Source: Deltaproteobacteria bacterium
GTDB lineage: Bacteria; Bdellovibrionota; JAJCYS01
Direction of reading: 5' to 3'
Assembly (NCBI GenBank): GCA_029262815.1
Contig: JAJCYS010000029.1
Location: 9,837 to 73,836 of the forward strand
DNA: 64,000 nucleotides
Of the stretch, positions 19,261 to 28,281 are shown in pieces (position 1 is the stretch's first letter; each line of letters opens with the position of its first letter). The translations under genes and the position numbers were made by a program. The notes under the pieces were generated by a model. That model did not search any database, had not been told where the DNA came from, and was given only the letters and a program-made list of their open reading frames with translations.

Positions 19261-20765
19261 AGATTAACTTCAAAGCCATCGGACTCATTGCAAGTTTAAC
19301 ATTTTTGACCAATATATTGGGTTTTGTGCGGGAGGTGTTATTCGCGAGGGCCTTTGGAACAACCGATGTTGCAGATGCTTTTATTACCGCATTTACAATA
19401 GCTTCAGCATTTTTCTTTATATTTCTGGCAGGTACGGTCCAACCTGCTTTCATGCCTCGGTATCAAGAATTGATTGCCAAACGAAAAGAGCAATCTGCGT
19501 CTTTGTTGTTCAAAAAGCTATTTTTGATACTAAGTGTACTATTTATAGGTGTGATTATAGTGCTTCAGTTTTCAGGCAGCACACTTGTCGATTGGGTTGT
19601 ACCTGGGTTTGATCCCAAAAAAAGGGAGCTAACAACACAAATCTTACTTTGGTTGACACCGATCATTTTATTTTTGGGTACATGTAGCTTACTCCAATCA
19701 GTCTTACATGCACACCAGCGTTTCTTTTGGCCAGCTATAGTCCCTTTTTTAAAAAACGTTGTGTTGATTCTGTCTATTATATTTCTTGTTCCCGTGTATG
19801 GAATAACAGGGCTAGCTGTAGGATTTATTTTAGGCTCTTTTTTGTGGTGGATTATGTTAGTTCCACCTGTCATCAAGGTACTCCCTAAATCAAGTGCAAA
19901 AGGTTCTAATATCGCAGAGCTAAAAAATGTAATGCTTAATTTATGGCCTTTATTGTGTCTGCTAACGGCTGATCAATTAAGTGCATTAATTCAAAAAGGA
20001 TTAGTTTCGGGACTCGGTACAGGATACATTTCAGCGCTGAGCTATGGTGCTAAAATCGCTGGTTTACCCATCGGGATATTTACCATGGCTGTTGCGACTG
20101 TTTATTTTCCAAGTCTGGTGAAAGCAATTCATTCCAAAGATAAGGATCAGAGTAAGTCTGAAGCCTTAAATGGCCTTTCAGCGATTGGTTTTCTAGCGAT
20201 ACCAGCGACCCTATTTATCATGCTTTATGCACCAATTTTGGTTGAGTTATTTTTTCAACGTGGTAGTTTTGATGTTCAGGCTACCGCATTAACATCACAT
20301 GCACTTACGTGGTATGCCCTGGGTATTTTACCTCAAAGTTTTATTGTCTTTTTTAACCGAATATACTTTTCAGCTGAACAAGTCAAAACACCTATGAAAA
20401 TTGGCGTTTTGAGTGCCATAATTCATATTATTTTCTGTTATTTCTCTGTCGGATGGATTGGATATATCGGTATAGCCATCGGGACTACATTATATGCCTG
20501 TGTGTATTGTTTATTGCTCTATTTACGAATAGGTCCTGTCATGCCGTTAAATTTTTCTGATTTATTTTCGGTAAACTACCGGCCTGTTTTAGCAAGTTTG
20601 CTGTTTATTCCAATTTCATTCTTAATTTCAGTTCACTCTCTAATGACCGTTATTTTAGTGATTATTGTCTCGGGTGTAGCCTATGTGGGCATGTTATGGC
20701 TTCTTAGAGATCCGTTATTGTTCAGTTTATTTGGGTATATGAAATTACGGTTGACCCGTTCTTGA
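19257..20765 (+). CDS. murJ: MurJ/MviN lipid II flippase.
   Basis: N-terminus MKINFKAIGLIASLTFLTNILGFVREVLFARAFG with about 14 predicted transmembrane segments. The start ATG overlaps the upstream stop (ATGA). The longer ORF-track start at 19212 is rejected. Confidence 0.85.
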   Translation: MKINFKAIGLIASLTFLTNILGFVREVLFARAFGTTDVADAFITAFTIASAFFFIFLAGTVQPAFMPRYQELIAKRKEQSASLLFKKLFLILSVLFIGVIIVLQFSGSTLVDWVVPGFDPKKRELTTQILLWLTPIILFLGTCSLLQSVLHAHQRFFWPAIVPFLKNVVLILSIIFLVPVYGITGLAVGFILGSFLWWIMLVPPVIKVLPKSSAKGSNIAELKNVMLNLWPLLCLLTADQLSALIQKGLVSGLGTGYISALSYGAKIAGLPIGIFTMAVATVYFPSLVKAIHSKDKDQSKSEALNGLSAIGFLAIPATLFIMLYAPILVELFFQRGSFDVQATALTSHALTWYALGILPQSFIVFFNRIYFSAEQVKTPMKIGVLSAIIHIIFCYFSVGWIGYIGIAIGTTLYACVYCLLLYLRIGPVMPLNFSDLFSVNYRPVLASLLFIPISFLISVHSLMTVILVIIVSGVAYVGMLWLLRDPLLFSLFGYMKLRLTRS

Positions 20766-20884
20766 AGTCTAGATTGTTTCGTGGGCTACGTCTCCTCGCA
20801 ATTGACTGGCTTTGATTTCGGTCACTCTCGAGGAGAGTCGTAAACCCGACGAAGCAATATGAGTGTCAGCAGCGACATTTTCTC

Positions 20885-22513
20885 CTATTGATTAGATTGA
20901 AATTCAGGCGAATGAGCAATCTGAATTAAAAGATCGTCAAGGATCCCTATTAGTTTCTCGGTTGAGGCTAATTCCACTTTTTCGATGACTTCATGTTCAC
21001 CTTTTATGTTAGGTCCTAGTGCCAACATGGCTAAATTCTGATTCGAGTATTTTTCTGCAAAAAAGGCGACTTCAAGTCCACCCAACACAGTTTCTCTTTC
21101 GAATCCATATGTCGAGTTTTTTCCGTATTTTTCTAAAAAGAGCTGTAGGAGCCAATCATCCTGTTTGAGCAACCAACCCGGTAACGTAATAGGATTGTCA
21201 AGCGTGAATTTTGATCTTGAAAATAACTGACTGAACTCTGTTTGCATATCCACAAGCACCTCCGCATCAAACGATCGAGGCATTGAGGAAGTGAACATGC
21301 GTCTTTCTTGAGCACTCATGACTAAGGTGCTGATATTTGAAATGGTATAGGGTTCATCAGGAAATTGAGGGTGTGTGGCTACGATCCCATAAGGTAATTT
21401 GTTAATAATTTTAAGCAGCTTACTTGTCTTCTTTTTTGGGAAAGCTTTTTTATGAAGCTGTTTTTTCTTAAGAGATTTAAATTTTAGCTTGATCAATCCT
21501 GGATTTTCACCACGTGACGGTGGATTATCGTCGACAATCTCTTCCTTGTGAAACCTAGATTTGATCTCATCGAGGAAGGATTGAACTGTAGTTTCAACAG
21601 CTGATTTTGAGTTCTTCGGATAAGCAATATCCGCTTTGAAATATGTAGGGATTTTACTGTTGGGTGTACCGTCACCCACAATTGCATCAGCTACGTATAA
21701 GTTAGGGACGTTCTTATGTAACTTAATTAACAGTTCTGTCAAGAGTTTTACGGCATTAGCACGATCAAAAGGCACTTCGACACCTCCGTGTCCTCCGATC
21801 AGTCCTGATAGTTTTAGTGTGCCCTGATGATACGGTTTTGGAATGGTGACTACGGGAATGTTTGTTTTTTCAGCATTCAGGGTTTTGATGGCTACACAAC
21901 CTACACATACTCTCGGGAAACCAATATAATCAAGATTGATCAACACATTGGCCTTCAGGGGTAAAGTCATCTCCCCAACACCTAACATGCCTATTTCTTC
22001 GCCCCATGTAAACAGTAACCGGAGCGGTGGGTGGTTTAAAGAAGCCTTAGGTTCGGGGTTCATGTAGCGCATCATCATAGCTACGCCAATTCCGTTATCT
22101 GCGCCGATGGTTGTTTGTTGGTTTCTAGAGTGAAGCCAACCGTCAGTCTCTACTAGATCAATTTTAAATTCTTCACTAACATCCGCTTGGGTGATCACCA
22201 TATCTAAGTGAGATTGAAGAATCACAGTCGGTTTGTTTTGAAACTCGTCACCCCGGGCTGGAATGTCTACAAACAGGTTTCCATTATCTAAGGTGAATTC
22301 GTAATTGGATTGTTCTGCGATTGAAATGATGTACTTTCGGAGCCTCTCTTCACCCCGGGATGGGTGATAAATTTGTGTGATCGCACGGAAATTATTGATG
22401 ACTTGATCTAAGGCAGAAGCACATTTTTCAGAGGATGAGGCAAAACCCTGATTTACATCAAGAATTAAACAGGTACCCAGTATTATAGTCTTGAGAAAAT
22501 GAGATCTAGTCAT
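20885..22513 (-). CDS. M20-family aminoacyl-histidine dipeptidase-like peptidase (PepD-like), probably a lipoprotein.
   Basis: The motifs VILQSHLDMV and GADNGIGVAMMM are PepD/M20C hallmarks. The N-terminus has a lipobox-like LILDVNQGFASS. Confidence 0.7.
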   Translation of the reverse strand: MTRSHFLKTIILGTCLILDVNQGFASSSEKCASALDQVINNFRAITQIYHPSRGEERLRKYIISIAEQSNYEFTLDNGNLFVDIPARGDEFQNKPTVILQSHLDMVITQADVSEEFKIDLVETDGWLHSRNQQTTIGADNGIGVAMMMRYMNPEPKASLNHPPLRLLFTWGEEIGMLGVGEMTLPLKANVLINLDYIGFPRVCVGCVAIKTLNAEKTNIPVVTIPKPYHQGTLKLSGLIGGHGGVEVPFDRANAVKLLTELLIKLHKNVPNLYVADAIVGDGTPNSKIPTYFKADIAYPKNSKSAVETTVQSFLDEIKSRFHKEEIVDDNPPSRGENPGLIKLKFKSLKKKQLHKKAFPKKKTSKLLKIINKLPYGIVATHPQFPDEPYTISNISTLVMSAQERRMFTSSMPRSFDAEVLVDMQTEFSQLFSRSKFTLDNPITLPGWLLKQDDWLLQLFLEKYGKNSTYGFERETVLGGLEVAFFAEKYSNQNLAMLALGPNIKGEHEVIEKVELASTEKLIGILDDLLIQIAHSPEFQSNQ

Positions 22514-22703
22514 TGATACACCTCCAGCAGCTTATTTTAAGAGCTGTCATCGTATTCAACTGGCTGTGTCTTTGTCAAAGTATAATTGATAAAAATATAT
22601 TAATCTTAGAGAAACAAAGTATAAAAATTGGAAAAACGGGTACTTAAGAACTAGTTGCACTACAAGAAAGAGCCGATTCATATACGTACATCATCTAAAC
22701 GAA

Positions 22704-23579
22704 TTAATTAGGTTTCTTTGCTGCGAACTCACGATAAAAATCCTTGAGATGACGGGTCCCCGTTTTCGGGGCATCAAAATTAAGTTGGCTTCCTTTGACA
22801 AAAAATGTGACAAGAGTTCCATAGTGTTTACTACACAAGCGAACGAACCAGGCAAGTATTTTCATGATCCATAAAGGAATGTGCCGAACTTTTGATTTTT
22901 TATTTAATGTTTCGAATGCCAATTCAGCGATGCTGTTCGTTGTGAATAAATCAGGCCCCCCAAGAGGGATTTCTGTTTCAGCGTGCGTTAAGGAATCGAC
23001 GCTGGCTTGTGCTAGATCAGCACCGTGTATAGGGTTGATGGTATAGGACCCACACCCGATGACATAGATTTTTCCACGTTGAGCCATTTTTAAATATTCA
23101 CTTAGATCCGAGAAATATCCAGTGGGGCAAAGAATACGATAATCTAAACCCGAGCATTTAAGTGTTTCTACAAATGCTCGACGGGCTGCAACAGAGTCTC
23201 CGAGTAAATGAGCATTGAATACGTAGACAAACACGAACTGTTTTACATGTGCTTGAACAGCTAGATCGAGAACGTTTTTGTTGCCTTGGAAATCCACATC
23301 CCAAAAGCTTGCTTTGCCTCTTTGGCGTGTGATGCCTAATGACGAATAAACGATGTCAATTCCGTCGCAAACGTTTGTTAGGGTTTCAGGCTTCGTTACT
23401 TCTCCCACAAAAATTTCATCCACACAGTCTTTCACTGCAGGCTCAAGAAAAGGGCCCGTCACTTCGAGTTTTTTTGGATTTCGAACTAAAACACGTACCC
23501 AATAGCCTGCATTTTTAAATGCCTGGATGGCGTACTTGCCTGCATATCCAGTTCCTCCAACCACTAACACTTTTTTCAT
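22704..23579 (-). CDS. NAD(P)-binding SDR/NmrA-like oxidoreductase.
   Basis: MKKVLVVGGTGYAGKYAIQAFKNAGYWVRVLVRNPKK carries a GxxGxxG Rossmann motif. Confidence 0.75.
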   Translation of the reverse strand: MKKVLVVGGTGYAGKYAIQAFKNAGYWVRVLVRNPKKLEVTGPFLEPAVKDCVDEIFVGEVTKPETLTNVCDGIDIVYSSLGITRQRGKASFWDVDFQGNKNVLDLAVQAHVKQFVFVYVFNAHLLGDSVAARRAFVETLKCSGLDYRILCPTGYFSDLSEYLKMAQRGKIYVIGCGSYTINPIHGADLAQASVDSLTHAETEIPLGGPDLFTTNSIAELAFETLNKKSKVRHIPLWIMKILAWFVRLCSKHYGTLVTFFVKGSQLNFDAPKTGTRHLKDFYREFAAKKPN

Positions 23580-23732
23580 ACAACTTCCTTGATACTGCGT
23601 ATCATATCATTTGATTAAACCTTATGAGGTGAGTGTTTAGAGAAAGTAAAAAGTTCAAATTACAATGATGATAATTTTCTCTGGTTTTTAAGTCGAGATC
23701 AGGAGTACTCTAGTAATTCTAGGGGGTAGGGC

Positions 23733-24629
23733 GTGGAAACATACCAAACTGAACCGAATCGATTAACCAATCCCAAGAAACCTGCGAGACGAGCTAAGAC
23801 GCCAATAGGCGTAAAAGTTTTTCAAAATGTGTTTAAATTAGGCCGTGTTTCACCCAAATTGATGGGTCGGTTTGCTTATACGTTATGGTTTCGGACAAAT
23901 CGTAACCCACTCACAAAAAAAGAAAAAGAGTATTTGAGAGAGGCCCGGCATTATAAGGTGCCGTTCGGGAGTAAAGAGATTGCGGCCTTTTCTTGGGGTA
24001 ATAGTCACAAAAAAGTGCTTTTGGCTCATGGTTGGCTCGGTCGTGGAATCCATATGCGGTTTTTCATTGCGCCTTTTTTAAAAGCTGGATATGAAGTCAT
24101 TGCACTCGATGCCCCGGCACACGGACAATCGCCAGGAAAGCAGTCTGAATTATTTGAGTATGGGGATGCGATTCAGACAGTGGGCAAACTATTTGGTCCT
24201 TTTGAAGGGGTGTGCACGCATTCTGTGGGGGCAATTTCTACACTCATTGCTTTAAACCAAGGGTTTAAAGCTAAACGAATTGTCTGTTACAACACCCCAT
24301 GTCGGTTAGAGGCAATGGTTCAGTATTTTTCAGAAACATTACAAATTCCAAAAGCAGCTGTTTTAGAGATGGGTCAATTATTTGAAAAAAATTATGGGAA
24401 AGATTGTTGGGATCGTGCTTCGGGGGATACATACGCGAAGCATTTGTCTATACCCGCTTTAATCATTCACGACCGAGATGATCGAGAAATACCCATCGAA
24501 GAAGGTAGGCAATTAGCTAAAGTTTGGAAAAATTCTAAGTTTATCGAAACAGCTGGACTTGGTCACCGACGAATCTTAAGGGATGATGGTGCAATATCAA
24601 AATCAGTTCGATTCATTGGGAGAGAGTGA
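23733..24629 (+). CDS. Alpha/beta hydrolase.
   Basis: HG oxyanion motif (LLAHGWLGRG). The nucleophile-elbow motif GxSxG appears as THSVGAIS. The C-terminal GHRR supplies the catalytic His. Confidence 0.7.
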   Translation: METYQTEPNRLTNPKKPARRAKTPIGVKVFQNVFKLGRVSPKLMGRFAYTLWFRTNRNPLTKKEKEYLREARHYKVPFGSKEIAAFSWGNSHKKVLLAHGWLGRGIHMRFFIAPFLKAGYEVIALDAPAHGQSPGKQSELFEYGDAIQTVGKLFGPFEGVCTHSVGAISTLIALNQGFKAKRIVCYNTPCRLEAMVQYFSETLQIPKAAVLEMGQLFEKNYGKDCWDRASGDTYAKHLSIPALIIHDRDDREIPIEEGRQLAKVWKNSKFIETAGLGHRRILRDDGAISKSVRFIGRE

Positions 24630-25294
24630 GGGTTTACGAGGTGGATAAGATCGCATATTTTTACTTTGATTACGTTTCACCCTATTCTTATTTAGCGTGG
24701 CGCAAGATTAAGCGACTAAAAGAAGAGAAAACTCTAGATATCAAACTCAAGCCTGTGTTGTTTGCCGGCTTACTGAATCACTGGGGTCAACTTGGACCAG
24801 CTGAAATCCCCCCAAAGCGAAAACACATGTTCGAACAATGTATCCGATATGCTCGATTGATGAATATTCCTTTCCAAGGTCCTAAGACGCATCCATTCAA
24901 CCCTCTTTCTGCATTACGCCTGTCAGTCCTAAACTCAGACGCAGCTGAGCAGTGGCAGTTGGTGGATGCTTTGTGGCAGGGCATTTGGGGTCTCGGCATT
25001 GATGCAGCCGACGAGTCTGCACTTGAAGATTTGGTAAATGGTGCGGGGTTAGATGCTAAATCTTATCTTTCTGAAATTAAAACAGAGGACATAAAAGAAC
25101 ATCTTAAGATGAATACCCAAGAAGCCATCCAAAATAATGTGTTTGGCGTACCCACAATTTTGGTTGATCAAAAGTTGTTTTGGGGGTTAGGGGATTTAGT
25201 ATTTTTGAATATGTATCTGTTTAACAAAGACCCGCTGGATGATCAAAAAGTAGCTCATATTTTAAATCGTCCAAAGTCTGCTAACCGTTTGTAA
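24626..25294 (+). CDS. DsbA-like thioredoxin-fold protein, 2-hydroxychromene-2-carboxylate isomerase family.
   Basis: The N-terminus IAYFYFDYVSPYSYLAWRKIKRL is the family signature. GTG start overlapping the upstream stop. Confidence 0.7.
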   Translation: MRVYEVDKIAYFYFDYVSPYSYLAWRKIKRLKEEKTLDIKLKPVLFAGLLNHWGQLGPAEIPPKRKHMFEQCIRYARLMNIPFQGPKTHPFNPLSALRLSVLNSDAAEQWQLVDALWQGIWGLGIDAADESALEDLVNGAGLDAKSYLSEIKTEDIKEHLKMNTQEAIQNNVFGVPTILVDQKLFWGLGDLVFLNMYLFNKDPLDDQKVAHILNRPKSANRL

Positions 25295-25348
25295 TTTAAA
25301 CTGTTATTGACTTGTGTGGTACATCGTGCGAGTTATTTGTGATCAATT

Positions 25349-25364
25349 CTAGAACCGGTTCTAG
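25349..25364. promoter_or_regulatory. Perfect 16-bp palindrome CTAGAACCGGTTCTAG abutting a TATAAT hexamer upstream of the 25400 gene.
   Basis: Read directly from the sequence. The half-site tagaaccgg is identical to the tips of the family A element TIRs. Confidence 0.5.
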
Positions 25365-25399
25365 TATAATGTGGGAAGGAGGGCCTCTCCTTTTTTCCT

Positions 25400-25996
25400 A
25401 TGAAATATTTTCTAATGTTTTTCTGCTTAGCCCACAGTTCAGTGCTAGGTGCTCATAACCATTGTGATCAAATTGAAAACGCCATTCAAAGGCTCCTGCA
25501 ATTAGAAAAAAAACATGTCGAAAAAATTCAACATCAGTCAGGTTTGATTGAATTTAAATATTTAGGATTGCCTGATCACTTTAATATTAGAAAATTAGAT
25601 ACTGATGAATTCTTCTATCACTATACAGATAATGAATCTGCAGACATTATTATGCAGAAAAAGAAAATAACTGTGGGCAAAGACCCTTATGTGTATATTA
25701 TACCGGCGGGTTCTTCAACGCTTTATATGACATACATGGACCTGACAGGTATCCAATTAATTAAAAACTTCGTTGATTTAAAAAAAGTTGGTGTACTACA
25801 AGCAGACAAAAAAACGCATGTATTTCAAGTCGAAGTTCCTAAAGGTTACTCAGTGATTGAAGTTCTATCCTCAGAATCCAATCGGTTATTCCATTTTATC
25901 CCTTTATCTAAGGGTTACGCTTTGCCACTTGATGCTAAGCTTATTCAATACCCAGGTATGAAAAATTCTCAGATGACGCTAAAAATGGACTTTTGA
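25400..25996 (+). CDS. Hypothetical secreted protein.
   Basis: Signal peptide MKYFLMFFCLAHSSVLGA. No recognisable family. Confidence 0.5.
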   Translation: MKYFLMFFCLAHSSVLGAHNHCDQIENAIQRLLQLEKKHVEKIQHQSGLIEFKYLGLPDHFNIRKLDTDEFFYHYTDNESADIIMQKKKITVGKDPYVYIIPAGSSTLYMTYMDLTGIQLIKNFVDLKKVGVLQADKKTHVFQVEVPKGYSVIEVLSSESNRLFHFIPLSKGYALPLDAKLIQYPGMKNSQMTLKMDF

Positions 25997-26024
25997 TCCC
26001 CGTTTGTAAAGTTTAAATACTCAT

Positions 26025-26930
26025 ATGTCGATACGAGAGCATATGAGTTTTCGTTCTAAATCGTTGTGTTTCGTGTTGATCCTCGGTTTCTCTATGAGCA
26101 CACTTGTATATGCTCTATATGAGATGAGTGACTTAACGCCTGAAGCGATTGATCGTTGTTTATTTCAATATATGCCAGATAAATTGTTTGGTGATAAGAA
26201 CGGTCAGTACATTGAGATTGATGATATTAAAATGTATTACGAAGTCTATGGTTCTGGAGAACCCCTATTACTGCTTCATGGCGGAAGCGCTTTTATTGAA
26301 ACCTGGTGTGCTCAGATTACAGAACTATCTAAACATTTTACTGTAATTGTCCCCGAAACACGGGCACATGGTCGTACTTCAGATTCAGATAAGCCCTTAA
26401 CATACGAACAGTATGCTTTGGATTACGTTGAATTTTTGAGAAAGCTAAACTTAAATCGTGTTCATATCGTAGGTTGGAGTAGTGGTGCAGTTGTGGGACT
26501 TGAGTTGGCACTTAAGCATCCCGAGTTGATCAAAAAACTTATTTTGATCGGTATATTTTATGACAGGCACAAGGGTGGGACAGAAATATTAAATAATACA
26601 CTCAAAAATGCAACGGCTGATAGTTGGAACGGAAAATGGTTTTATCAGATTTTGTCACCGACTCCCGAACGATGGCCGATAGTCTTTAGAAAATTAAAAA
26701 AATTATGGACCGAATCCCCAACGTACACGGCTGACCAAATGAGAGGCATTCAAAAAGAAATTTTGATTATGAATGGGCGTGACGAAGAGTGGATTCGTAC
26801 GCAACATGCACTCGAGTTGCACCAACTGCTCAAAAACTCAACCTTTGTCTCTGTTCCCAATACAGGGCATTGGTTACCTACAGAGAGCCCCAAAGCCGTT
26901 AACGGTCAAATTATTAATTTTCTTAAATAG
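26025..26930 (+). CDS. Alpha/beta hydrolase, secreted.
   Basis: LLLLHGGSAF, then GWSSGAVVGLELA (GxSxG), then the C-terminal NTGHW. Signal-like N-terminus. Start may be the second Met at 26043. Confidence 0.7.
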   Translation: MSIREHMSFRSKSLCFVLILGFSMSTLVYALYEMSDLTPEAIDRCLFQYMPDKLFGDKNGQYIEIDDIKMYYEVYGSGEPLLLLHGGSAFIETWCAQITELSKHFTVIVPETRAHGRTSDSDKPLTYEQYALDYVEFLRKLNLNRVHIVGWSSGAVVGLELALKHPELIKKLILIGIFYDRHKGGTEILNNTLKNATADSWNGKWFYQILSPTPERWPIVFRKLKKLWTESPTYTADQMRGIQKEILIMNGRDEEWIRTQHALELHQLLKNSTFVSVPNTGHWLPTESPKAVNGQIINFLK

Positions 26931-26984
26931 TTCCTGGCAGCCGATTAAGTAAAAATAGTCGTTTTTGCTTGAAAAACCGTCAAT

Positions 26985-28271
26985 TTGTGGTCAAAATCAG
27001 TCCGCATGAATACCATTAAATTGATCTTTGTGTTGGGTGCTGTTTCATTAATCTCTCAAGTTTACTCGGCCAACATTGATTTCTGGAAAATCCAACGTAG
27101 GGGCGCCAATTGTTTTTCTAATGTGCCCAAGGCAGAGCGTTTTCGGGATGCGAAAAAAATGGGAATTTCGGTCATGCGTATCACACCCAGCAAATGGCTA
27201 AACGGTCGGCATGAATCTAAAATGGGAAATTTTTTAATTGGGCCAAAGGATGCCTATGTAGGATTGATCAAAAAAGACCTAGATTATCTTGTTACAGTTT
27301 TGGGTGATGCGCATAAAGCAGGGATTAAGATAGTCCTGACACTTCTGAGTTTACCCGGATCTCGGTGGTCACAGCACAACATCATTAATGGCAAACGTGT
27401 TCAACAGCTGGATCTATGGAAAGATTTTAAATATCACAAACAAGCCGCTGATGTCTGGCAGAATTTGGCGAAAAGACTTAACAATCATCCTGCTGTTGTA
27501 GGCTACAATATTTTGAATGAGCCTGTTCCTGAGTTAGTCCATCCAAAGCTCAGAGATTGGTACACGGGTGATTATAAAGCCTGGCACAAAAAAATAAAGG
27601 GAACGGCAGCGGATTTAAATGTTTTCTATAAAACGGTCATCGCCGCAATACGAAAAGAAGATCAAGACACTCCCATCATCGTTGATACAGGTTTTTATGC
27701 GACTCCCTATGGTATTCAAATTTTAAACCCTAAAACTTTGAATGATCCCAACCTTATCTATGCCATGCATCATTATATTCCGTACCGTTATATCGGGAAT
27801 GGAAATACGGGCTATGCGTACGGAGATAAAATACCTATCGGAGAACTTGATGTAAAGGGAGAAAAAGGATCGCATGCACCTTATGCACCCCTTGTAGTAT
27901 GGGATAAAACATCAATGAAATCATTTTATGCTCCGGTTTTAAAATGGATCGAAAAATTCAATATTCCATCCAATCGTATATTTGTCAGTGAATTTGGCGC
28001 GCATAGAACTACCGAGGGCATTGTCTCTTATTTCAAAGATGCGATACAAATGTTTGATGCGTTGAATTGGCATTGGGCTTTTTATGCATTTCGAGAAGAT
28101 GATGGATATCCACCTATGGACTATGAGTTAGGTCTCAAAAGTATTTCTAAAGATCATCCATACTGGACGTGTGCATGGAATTATTCTTGCGCCAAAAAAG
28201 GCCTATACAAGCCACATAATTCCCTTTGGAACGTTATTCAAGCAGGTCTAAAAGGGACGAACCGTAAGTAA
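26985..28271 (+). CDS. Glycoside hydrolase family 5-like enzyme, secreted.
   Basis: VVGYNILNEP contains the GH5 acid/base NEP motif. FVSEFG carries the candidate nucleophile Glu. Signal peptide present. Confidence 0.65.
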   Translation: MWSKSVRMNTIKLIFVLGAVSLISQVYSANIDFWKIQRRGANCFSNVPKAERFRDAKKMGISVMRITPSKWLNGRHESKMGNFLIGPKDAYVGLIKKDLDYLVTVLGDAHKAGIKIVLTLLSLPGSRWSQHNIINGKRVQQLDLWKDFKYHKQAADVWQNLAKRLNNHPAVVGYNILNEPVPELVHPKLRDWYTGDYKAWHKKIKGTAADLNVFYKTVIAAIRKEDQDTPIIVDTGFYATPYGIQILNPKTLNDPNLIYAMHHYIPYRYIGNGNTGYAYGDKIPIGELDVKGEKGSHAPYAPLVVWDKTSMKSFYAPVLKWIEKFNIPSNRIFVSEFGAHRTTEGIVSYFKDAIQMFDALNWHWAFYAFREDDGYPPMDYELGLKSISKDHPYWTCAWNYSCAKKGLYKPHNSLWNVIQAGLKGTNRK

Positions 28272-28281
28272 AATTCATAAT

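Noticed and set aside
20766-20884. Possible terminator or inverted repeat (tctcctcg ... cgaggaga) between murJ and the peptidase gene.
   Set aside because: The 8-bp arms are separated by about 35 nt with no T-run. That is too weak to call.
25307-25312. TTGACT as a -35 element for the 25400 gene.
   Set aside because: It lies about 52 nt from the TATAAT at 25365-25370, far beyond the allowed 16-19-nt spacing. The palindrome/-10 region is the more credible control site.
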